Part shown: positions 47,955-55,157 of the stretch, piece by piece
Layout: every line of letters starts with the position of its first letter
How positions within the stretch are numbered: position 1 is the first letter of the stretch
DNA from: an uncultured Chitinophaga sp.
GTDB lineage: Bacteria; Bacteroidota; Bacteroidia; UKL13-3
Assembly: GCA_964603255.1 (NCBI GenBank)
Contig: CAZRVA010000004.1
Coordinates: 3,532 to 58,688, forward strand
DNA: 55,157 bases
Direction: 5' to 3'
Translations under genes and position numbers: made by a program
Notes under the pieces: generated by a model
The model's input: the letters and a program-made list of their open reading frames with translations, nothing else
Databases searched by the model: none
What the model was told of the DNA's origin: nothing

Positions 47955-48053
47955 ATGAAAGAAGAAAAATTTAATACTTGGTACATCACCGTTATTGGTG
48001 CTTTGGTTGTGGAGATATTATTGTTTTATTTGTTTACGCAATATTTCTCATGA
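47955..48053 (+). CDS. 32-aa single-TM small protein coupled to the sodium:solute symporter
   Basis: Manual translation MKEEKFNTWYITVIGALVVEILLFYLFTQYFS*; its TGA overlaps the symporter ATG (ATGA). Below the ORF-track length cutoff. Confidence 0.75.
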   Translation: MKEEKFNTWYITVIGALVVEILLFYLFTQYFS

Positions 48054-49768
48054 GCAGCATAGATTGGATTGTACTAATAGCAACGCTTTTTGCCGTGATA
48101 GCTTACGGAGTTTATAAAAGCACGCACGAAAAAAACTTAGACAGTTATTTTAAAGGCAACAACTCCATGAGTTGGTTTTTAATTTTGCTATCCATTATGG
48201 GCACGCAAGCAAGTGCCATTACTTTTCTTTCTGCACCTGGTCAGGCTTACACAGATGGAATGCGTTTTGTGCAATATTACTTTGGTTTACCATTAGCTAT
48301 GGTAGTGCTTTGTATCACGTTTGTACCTATTTATCACAAACTAAAAGTATATACTGCATACGAGTATTTGGAACAACGTTTTGATTTAAGAACGCGCACA
48401 CTTACTTCTATTTTATTCCTCGTATCCCGCGGACTTTCAACCGGAATAAGTATTTACGCACCATCTATTATTTTATCCTCGTTAATGGGTTGGAACATTT
48501 ATGTAACCAACCTGGTAATGGGTGGTTTGTTGATTATTTACACCATTACAGGTGGCGCAAAAGCAGTGGCTTACACCCAAATGCAACAGTTGTTTATTGT
48601 GTTTATCGGGATGTTTTTAGCCGGATATATGGTGGTTCATTTATTACCTGATGGCGTTGGCTTTACTGATGCTTTACAAGTTGCCGGTAAAATGGGAAAA
48701 CTAAATATCATCGAGACAAAAATTGATGTTACAGATGGTGCTTGGTGGAAAGATAAATACAATATTTGGAGCGGTATAATTGGCGGTTTCTTTTTAGCCC
48801 TCTCCTATTTTGGCACCGATCAAAGTCAGGTGGGGCGCTACCTTACCGCAAAAGACATTAAAGAAAGTAGATTAGGTTTGTTGATGAATGGCTTGGTTAA
48901 AGTACCCATGCAATTTTTAATTTTATTGATTGGTGCATTGGTATTTTCGTTTTACATGTTTTACGATTCGCCTGTATTTTTTAATCAGGCACAACTAAAA
49001 AAAGCATCGGCAAAAACAGAATTCACCTTGCCAATTAAACAGCATCAAGCCAAACACGACTCATTAAATAAAATCTCTCAATATCAAACCCAACAATTGG
49101 TTGATGCCATTCATACCAATAATGCAGAACAAACAGCAAACGTTCAACAAGCATTGCAGGAAACCATCAAGCAAAAGCAAGAAACGCGTAGCGAAACTTT
49201 AAAGCTAATTAAAGAAGCCGATAAAACAGCCGATATAAACGATACCAACTACATCTTTTTATATTTTGTTACCCAAAATCTACCAAAAGGTTTAATTGGT
49301 TTATTGATTGCCGTGATATTTTTAGCCGCTTGGGGAAGTATTGCTGCTGCATTAAATTCATTGGCTTCATCAACAGTAATTGATGTGTACAAACGTTTGT
49401 GGTGCCCCAATAAAAGCAATGAACATTATTACCATGCCTCGCGCTGGATTACTTTATTTTGGGGGTTGTTTTGTATTGCCACTGCCATGTTTGCTTCTCA
49501 ATTAGGCAGTTTAATTGAAGCCGTAAATATTTTAGGTAGCTTATTTTATGGCACCATGTTGGGCATTTTTGTGGTGGCATTTTACATGAAAAAAATTGGA
49601 GCTAAAGCTGTTTTTTATGCAGCTATTGTTGCTGAGTTTGGTGTAATAGCAGTTTATGTTGCCGATGTGGTTTCGTTCTTATGGCTAAATGTAATTGGCT
49701 GTTTATTGGTGATGATGATTGCACAAGCCATGAGTTGGATGAAAATAGATGCTAAAAGTAAATTGTAA
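48050..49768 (+). CDS. Sodium:solute symporter (SSS family)
   Basis: SIMGTQASAITFLSAPGQ, TAYEYLEQRFD, YFGTDQSQVGRY, AALNSLAS. ATG at 48050. Confidence 0.94.
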   Translation: MSSIDWIVLIATLFAVIAYGVYKSTHEKNLDSYFKGNNSMSWFLILLSIMGTQASAITFLSAPGQAYTDGMRFVQYYFGLPLAMVVLCITFVPIYHKLKVYTAYEYLEQRFDLRTRTLTSILFLVSRGLSTGISIYAPSIILSSLMGWNIYVTNLVMGGLLIIYTITGGAKAVAYTQMQQLFIVFIGMFLAGYMVVHLLPDGVGFTDALQVAGKMGKLNIIETKIDVTDGAWWKDKYNIWSGIIGGFFLALSYFGTDQSQVGRYLTAKDIKESRLGLLMNGLVKVPMQFLILLIGALVFSFYMFYDSPVFFNQAQLKKASAKTEFTLPIKQHQAKHDSLNKISQYQTQQLVDAIHTNNAEQTANVQQALQETIKQKQETRSETLKLIKEADKTADINDTNYIFLYFVTQNLPKGLIGLLIAVIFLAAWGSIAAALNSLASSTVIDVYKRLWCPNKSNEHYYHASRWITLFWGLFCIATAMFASQLGSLIEAVNILGSLFYGTMLGIFVVAFYMKKIGAKAVFYAAIVAEFGVIAVYVADVVSFLWLNVIGCLLVMMIAQAMSWMKIDAKSKL

Positions 49769-49809
49769 CCAATATTTTACATTTAGTTTTCATTTATAAC
49801 ATTAGCGGC

Positions 49810-49817
49810 TATATTTG
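49810..49817 (+). promoter_or_regulatory. Bacteroidota -7 box (TATATTTG)
   Basis: Exact TAnnTTTG match 21 nt before the ATG at 49839. Confidence 0.45.
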
Positions 49818-49838
49818 TTTAAAACTCAAATACACGTT

Positions 49839-50651
49839 ATGAAGAAAATAGTTACTTATACTTTTGCTGGAGCGCTTGCTTTTGTGGTGTTGGGCTCGTT
49901 TACCGGAGTTAAATTTGGTAAGCGTGATGGAACAGAACCAGGCTACACAGGCTCTCCCGGAGATAGCTTAAAAAATTGCACGGTTTGTCATGGTGGCACT
50001 GCGGTTGATGTAGACGGATGGATTACTTCTACTGTTCCTCAAACAGGTTTTGTGGCCGGACAACGTTATACCATTAAAGCAACCAACACCGAAATTGGGG
50101 CAACACGTTTTGGATTTTCTGTTTCGCCACAAGCTTTAAACGGAGATTTATTAGGTACTTTATTAATTACAGATACCACCAAAACCAAATTAGTAGGTAA
50201 TGATAAATACGTAACTTACCGTGCTGATGGCGTTCAAGGGGTTGATTCGTTAAGTTGGACATTTGATTGGATTGCTCCGGCAAATGTTAATGAGGTAATT
50301 TTCTATGGTGCATTTAACTCAAACCATGAAGGACATAAAGATGGTGATAAGACCTATTTATCGCGTTTACGTTTATACAAACAAGGTTTTGTGGGTTTAA
50401 CTGAAAATATTAAGAATGACTTCTTATCGGTTTATCCAAATCCTGCAGTTGATGAAGTACGCGTAAATACGGCACACAATTTACAATCGGGAGTGGTTAC
50501 GGTGTATGATATCAATGGGAAATTGGTATTGAAACAAACTGTGAATGGCAACAACACCATAAATGTACAAAGCCTTACCAAAGGTATTTACCACATTATG
50601 CTAAGTCTTGATAATGGTAACAGCTACGCCACCAAAATGGTTAAGTTGTAA
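49839..50651 (+). CDS. T9SS type A sorting domain protein with CxxCH-containing Reeler-like (choice-of-anchor V-like) domain
   Basis: Signal peptide; TGSPGD..NCTVCHGG; RFGFS; WTFDWIAP; C-terminal VYPNPA...KGIYHIM...KMVKL. Confidence 0.85.
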   Translation: MKKIVTYTFAGALAFVVLGSFTGVKFGKRDGTEPGYTGSPGDSLKNCTVCHGGTAVDVDGWITSTVPQTGFVAGQRYTIKATNTEIGATRFGFSVSPQALNGDLLGTLLITDTTKTKLVGNDKYVTYRADGVQGVDSLSWTFDWIAPANVNEVIFYGAFNSNHEGHKDGDKTYLSRLRLYKQGFVGLTENIKNDFLSVYPNPAVDEVRVNTAHNLQSGVVTVYDINGKLVLKQTVNGNNTINVQSLTKGIYHIMLSLDNGNSYATKMVKL

Positions 50652-50669
50652 TACCTAAAATACTTTTAT

Positions 50670-50710
50670 AAAATGAGGTTAATCTGCAAGGGTTAACCTC
50701 ATTTTTTTTT
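50670..50710 (+). terminator. Rho-independent terminator
   Basis: AAAATGAGGTTAA-N10-TTAACCTCATTTT followed by a T-run. Confidence 0.8.
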
Positions 50711-50727
50711 ATTGAATTGAATTAAAA

Positions 50728-50767
50728 ATAAAAAAGGCCGGTGATAATAAATACCACCAAGCCCTTT
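50728..50767 (-). terminator. Rho-independent terminator of hsp20
   Basis: Minus strand AAAGGGCTTGGTGGTA-TTTAT-TATCACCGGCCTTTTTT (stem with G-U pairs) plus U-tract. Confidence 0.7.
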
Positions 50768-50793
50768 CTAACCCTAACCTATGAAACGAGATT

Positions 50794-51246
50794 TTATTTA
50801 ATCTTTACTACGTTTTTAGTTTCTTTTATTTCTACTTTTGGTAACACTACATTCAGCATACCATCAGTAAATTCTGCTTCTATACCACTTTTGTTAATGT
50901 TTTCGGGTAAGGTAAATGTGCGAGAAAACTTACCGTAAAAATTCTCAACCATGTGGTGTTTTTCGCCTTCTTTAGTTTCTACTAATTTACGTTCACCGCT
51001 TATGGTTAATTTATCGCCATCTACTTCAATGTTAATTTCATCTTTTTTGATGCCCGGTAAAGCCAGGTGAACCTCAAAGCTGTTTGCCTTTTCTAATACA
51101 TCAACTCGAGGTGTGAAAAATACATTGCGTTCAAATTTTGCTGCTGTTTCGTTAAACATGTTGTCGAATAAACTCATCATGTTTGAAGGAATCATTGCGT
51201 CTCTAAAAAAGTCTCTGCTGCTTGGTTTAAATTTTACTAGTGTCAT
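50794..51246 (-). CDS. Hsp20/alpha-crystallin small heat-shock protein
   Basis: PRVDVLE, LALPGIKKDEI, LTISGER, YGKFSRTFTLP, GMLNVVLPK. Confidence 0.95.
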   Translation of the reverse strand: MTLVKFKPSSRDFFRDAMIPSNMMSLFDNMFNETAAKFERNVFFTPRVDVLEKANSFEVHLALPGIKKDEINIEVDGDKLTISGERKLVETKEGEKHHMVENFYGKFSRTFTLPENINKSGIEAEFTDGMLNVVLPKVEIKETKNVVKIK

Positions 51247-51303
51247 AATTTTATGCTTTAATTTTTTGTTTTCTGTTTGATTAATTTGTTTGATTGGATT
51301 TTT

Positions 51304-51319
51304 TCAAATGGTGTACCAA
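51304..51319 (-). promoter_or_regulatory. sigma54-like -24/-12 promoter of hsp20
   Basis: Minus strand TTGGTACACCATTTGA = GG-N10-GA, 58 nt upstream of the ATG. Confidence 0.45.
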
Positions 51320-51578
51320 CGCATTTTTAAAGACAAAAAGTCTTAACTCAATAAAATTAGCCTAAGCAAAAAAGACATAATTTCCGATTTCATCAAAATC
51401 AAACCCCAAAAGGAGGAATAAACGGCATGGAGTGTTCAAGGAAATAGAGGGATGGTTCTCCCAAAATTTACGAAACAACACAGAAGGTAATGTGCAAAAT
51501 ATCTCTTACAGCATCCACGGAAAACCACAGAAAAAAATACTCAATAACAAGCTTGATAAAAGAAATCAGAGCAACATT

Positions 51579-51791
51579 CAACCCTTTCAGGGTTGCTTAT
51601 TGGTCTTTCAACACATCATCTCCGAATTACATTCGGAGCTATTCACATTTAACCTTTTCAGGTTTAATAACCAACAAAATATTTAGAACAACAAAAAAGT
51701 CCGTAGGACTTGAATATGAATAGCCTCGGGTGTAACCCGTGGCTGAAATAAGTTGAATAAATTAAAAACAACTCTGAAGGAGTTTAATGTG
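51579..51791. repeat. Back-to-back pair of the same two-hairpin REP-like element as at 27.3 kb
   Basis: A(51579-95)-spacer-B(51620-38)-linker-A(51650-66); 29-bp gap; inverted copy A(51696-712)-linker-B(51724-42)-spacer-A(51769-85). Confidence 0.85.
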
Positions 51792-51989
51792 TTTCTAAAC
51801 AGTATATTAAAATCACATTTGTAATATTCTTTTGTGGATTTTGGGTTTGAGAAAGCGATAGCTCCAGCATTTGAAGGAAACTAACTCGAAGAAGTACTGA
51901 TGATTTAAAAAAACAAATCTAAAGATCGTTCATCAAACAACAAATACCCCGAGCATTCTGGGCTGTGTACTGCACCTGCGGCCATTGCC

Positions 51990-53354
51990 CTACTTCAACT
52001 TAGGCTGCACCAAATTAACCGCTCTGGTATTGGCTTCATTAAAGGCTTGATGCAACAAATCGTTTACAGAAAGTAAACTTTTACGTGGGTTGGTAAACAT
52101 ATCGCGCCACTCTTTGCTTACTTGTGGCAAGTAGTTACCATCAGGTAAATTCGGGTACAAATTATTGGCGTTACCACTAAACTTAGCTGCATGTAACTCG
52201 TCTTTTTTAAAAACATTAATGGCTTCATGCAACAACACCTCTCCGTTACTCACCTGAATTAATGATACCTTTAAAACCATTTGTACTTGTTGTCCTTCAG
52301 TATTATCAGTGTAGTTTACTTTTTTAAACTTACTAATACTGGAGTAAGTTTTGGTGTAAGGATTTAAAATACTTTCTGTAAAAGCCTCGTAACCCTCACG
52401 CTCAACGGTTTGTTTAGGTTGTTTGGTATACACAAAACTATCAAGCTGTAACAACACCACATAACCTAAGTTTAAACTTTTACCAGCCTCTGTAGCTTGA
52501 TTTACATTTTTAAACGAGCTAAATCCACGGTTATCTAAATCGCGGTGTAAGGCCTGCACATTGGCTATTTTAACATAACCACTTTGTTGCTGGCCAAGCA
52601 AATCGGCAATAGCATCAGCAATGTTGGGCAAGTTGTAAGGTATTTTGGTATTAACTTGCAAAGGCAAAACCCCAACCACTGCAGTTGCTTGTTGTAAAGC
52701 TGCTGTGCGCATTTTTAGAGCATCTTTATACTGCTCATCTATTTGTGCAATTTTATTAAACGAGTAATAAGCGTCTTTAAATTGTTTGTTGTTGTATTGC
52801 TCTGTTGCTTTTGTATACAAAGGCTCAAGCACCGTATTTAAACGCAATACCGAAACATCTTTATAACTGCTATCATACAAAGCAATCCTATCAAACACTT
52901 TTTCTGCGGCCTCGTATTTGCGGTTTTGTATTAATCCAACAGCAATATCATACTGTGTTTGTGTGTATTCGGCTTTAATATCATTATATACTTCATCATA
53001 CTCATGCGGCCACTCCAACACCACACCAACCTTTGCCGAGTTTTGTGTGTATTGTTGCGCAAATTTGTAAGTCTTGAGCGCTTCTTCTATCCTATCCTCA
53101 ATTACCAACTTACTAAACTTGGCAAACTTGTCGGCCACAACTTTTTGTCCATTGTTTTTAAGCTCAGCACGCGCTTCTTTGTTTTTTACATCATTTAATA
53201 AAATGTTGTAATACAAATTAGCAGCATCTTCGTACATGCCGTTATTGCTCTGTATACGCGCTTGTTTTAATAGTTTGGTTTGAGGATTACAAGCTGTAAT
53301 CAACCCAAACAAAACCGCTACCAGTACAAATGATATAAATTTTTGAATACCCAA
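51990..53354 (-). CDS. Hypothetical TPR-like lipoprotein
   Basis: Lipobox LITA-C; helical repeats (YEAAEKVFDRI, FKDAYYSFNKIAQIDEQYKDA); C-terminal alpha/beta region. TTG start; downstream of argS. Confidence 0.75.
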   Translation of the reverse strand: MGIQKFISFVLVAVLFGLITACNPQTKLLKQARIQSNNGMYEDAANLYYNILLNDVKNKEARAELKNNGQKVVADKFAKFSKLVIEDRIEEALKTYKFAQQYTQNSAKVGVVLEWPHEYDEVYNDIKAEYTQTQYDIAVGLIQNRKYEAAEKVFDRIALYDSSYKDVSVLRLNTVLEPLYTKATEQYNNKQFKDAYYSFNKIAQIDEQYKDALKMRTAALQQATAVVGVLPLQVNTKIPYNLPNIADAIADLLGQQQSGYVKIANVQALHRDLDNRGFSSFKNVNQATEAGKSLNLGYVVLLQLDSFVYTKQPKQTVEREGYEAFTESILNPYTKTYSSISKFKKVNYTDNTEGQQVQMVLKVSLIQVSNGEVLLHEAINVFKKDELHAAKFSGNANNLYPNLPDGNYLPQVSKEWRDMFTNPRKSLLSVNDLLHQAFNEANTRAVNLVQPKLK

Positions 53355-53364
53355 ATAAGTAGTT

Positions 53365-55149
53365 TTACATGCGCTCAGGTACTTGAATACCCAATAAGCT
53401 AAACGATGAACGAATGATATCGGCTGTTAGTGTACAAAGTTGTAAACGTAAGGCTTGTTGGTGTAAGTTAGTTTCTTTTAACACCGAATGCTCATGGTAA
53501 AAGTGGCTGTATATTTTGGCCAAATCATACACGTAATTGCATAACACACCCGGACTAAAAGATTTACCGGCCTCAGCCAATACCTCAGGGTATTTGTACA
53601 TAGTAACCAATAATTCCTTCTCTACTTTACTCAATGTTATTTCTGCTGCATCAAACTGCATACTTAAATTAGCCGCTTGTGCGTTGCGCAATACGCTTTT
53701 AATACGTGCGTGTGTATATTGAATAAACGGACCTGTATTTCCTTGAAAATCGATGGACTCTTTAGGATTAAACAACATTTTCTTTTTAGGATCAACCTTT
53801 AAAATGAAATATTTTAAAGCACCCAATCCAATCATGTTGTACAAGTTATTCAACTCCTCTTCACCCAATCCATCTGTTTTTCCCAGTTCTTTGGTGGTTT
53901 CGGCAGCCTGTTCAATCATGGCTTCCATTAAGTCATCAGCATCAACTACAGTTCCTTCGCGGCTTTTCATTTTACCTTCTGGTAACTCAACCATACCGTA
54001 GCTTAAATGGTAAACACCATCAGCATATGGTCGGCCTAATTTTTTAAGGATAAGCTGCAATACTTTAAAGTGATAATCTTGCTCGTTACCTACCACATAA
54101 ATAGATTGATTGCATCCAAAGTCGGTGTATTTTAAATCGGCAGTACCCATGTCTTGTGTTATGTAAACACTAGTTCCATCGGCACGTAACACCAACTTAT
54201 TATCCAATCCATCAGCAGTTAAATCAATCCAAACACTGCCATCATCCTTTTTATAAAACACGCCTTTTTGTAGGCCTTCTTCTACAATTTCTTTACCCAA
54301 CAAATAGGTATTGCTTTCGTAATAAAACTTATCAAAGCTTATGCCCAATGTTTTGTACGATACATCAAAACCCTCGTAAACCCAACCATTCATGGTTTTC
54401 CAAATGTTTACGGTTTCTTCATCTCCGGCTTCCCACTTGCGCAATAACTCTTGTGCAGCCAAAATACTTGGCGCTTGTTTTTCGGCTTGCTCTTCGGTTA
54501 AACCTTTAGCCACCAATGCTTTTTGTTCTGCTTTGTATTGTTTATCAAACAATACATAATATTTACCTACCAAATGATCGCCTTTTAAGCCACTGCTTGC
54601 CGGAGTTTCACCGTTGCCTTGCTGCATCCAAGCCAACATACTTTTACAAATATGTATACCTCTATCGTTAACCAAATTGCAAGTATAAACCTCGTGTGCA
54701 TTGGCTTTTAAAATTTGCGACACCGCATAACCTAATAGGTTGTTACGAATATGGCCCAAGTGTAACGGTTTATTGGTATTGGGTGATGAGTACTCAACCA
54801 ATATTTTTTGGTTGGTAGGATGCGTTGCAAAACCAAAATTATTGGTGCTGTAGTTTTTGCTCAAAAAGTTTACCCAATAATTTTGCGCCACCACTAAGTT
54901 TAAAAATCCTTTTATTACGTTGTATGATGCAACTTCTTCAACCTGCTCTAATAAATAAGCGCCAAGTTCTTGTGCGGTTTGCTCAGTACCTTTTTTACTT
55001 TGTTTTAAATAAGGAAAAACCACAAAAGTAAAGTCGCCCTCAAAATCGGGTTTGGTTTGTTCTAATGCTATTTGCTCATCTTTTACCTCAACCTGATACA
55101 AGCTTTGCAAGGCTTGAGCTATTTGATGTTTTAATATGTCTGCTATCAT
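53365..55149 (-). CDS. argS: Arginine--tRNA ligase
   Basis: VEYSSPNTNKPLHLGHIRN (HIGH), GTSVYITQD, GKMKSREG, GNTGPFIQYTHARI. Confidence 0.98.
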   Translation of the reverse strand: MIADILKHQIAQALQSLYQVEVKDEQIALEQTKPDFEGDFTFVVFPYLKQSKKGTEQTAQELGAYLLEQVEEVASYNVIKGFLNLVVAQNYWVNFLSKNYSTNNFGFATHPTNQKILVEYSSPNTNKPLHLGHIRNNLLGYAVSQILKANAHEVYTCNLVNDRGIHICKSMLAWMQQGNGETPASSGLKGDHLVGKYYVLFDKQYKAEQKALVAKGLTEEQAEKQAPSILAAQELLRKWEAGDEETVNIWKTMNGWVYEGFDVSYKTLGISFDKFYYESNTYLLGKEIVEEGLQKGVFYKKDDGSVWIDLTADGLDNKLVLRADGTSVYITQDMGTADLKYTDFGCNQSIYVVGNEQDYHFKVLQLILKKLGRPYADGVYHLSYGMVELPEGKMKSREGTVVDADDLMEAMIEQAAETTKELGKTDGLGEEELNNLYNMIGLGALKYFILKVDPKKKMLFNPKESIDFQGNTGPFIQYTHARIKSVLRNAQAANLSMQFDAAEITLSKVEKELLVTMYKYPEVLAEAGKSFSPGVLCNYVYDLAKIYSHFYHEHSVLKETNLHQQALRLQLCTLTADIIRSSFSLLGIQVPERM

Positions 55150-55157
55150 GTAAATAC

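Noticed and set aside
47978-48049. N-terminal extension of the symporter given in the ORF track
   Set aside because: This stretch is better explained by the overlapping 32-aa small ORF; the symporter starts at ATG 48050.
51432-51723. ORFs 51432-51686 and 51490-51723
   Set aside because: They overlap the REP doublet, show no recognisable motifs and are likely spurious.
51800-51989. Possible pseudogene fragment downstream of the TPR lipoprotein
   Set aside because: The frames are interrupted by stops and I could not recognise any family.
1-55157. tRNA, rRNA, integrase, transposase, prophage or restriction-modification genes, and the remaining short antisense ORFs in the track
   Set aside because: No supporting motifs were found by eye; the short ORFs overlap well-supported genes on the opposite strand or in another frame.

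Overview
AT-rich chromosomal window from a free-living Bacteroidota bacterium: T9SS C-terminal sorting domains, TAnnTTTG -7 promoter boxes and no Shine-Dalgarno sites. The backbone is housekeeping (dnaJ [truncated at the left edge], grpE, murA, priA, cspA, terC, lipB, PIN-PhoH, P-type ATPase, exbB-exbD-tonB, lhgO, hsp20, argS). There is no rRNA, tRNA, CRISPR, integrase or transposase. The most interesting signals are non-coding or accessory. (1) A stand-alone ~70-nt minus-strand sRNA candidate at 19.3 kb has its own promoter and a strand-specific terminator. Its core is antisense to AUG-AAG-AAA start regions, including a 17-nt match to the T9SS cargo gene at 4220; a related anti-AUG motif sits in the hsp20 3' UTR. 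(2) Two GxxExxY (PD-(D/E)XK-like) genes are each enclosed by long imperfect inverted repeats that would loop out the ORF. (3) A two-hairpin REP-like element occurs as a 7-unit tandem array and as a back-to-back doublet with compensatory base changes. (4) A five-gene secreted/membrane island includes a protein with four DYNFDGxxD (XAC2610-like) modules. (5) Two T9SS cargoes stand out: a ~21-blade repeat protein and a CxxCH/Reeler-like protein. (6) sigma54-like promoters precede grpE and hsp20. All assignments come from reading motifs by eye; no database searches were run.
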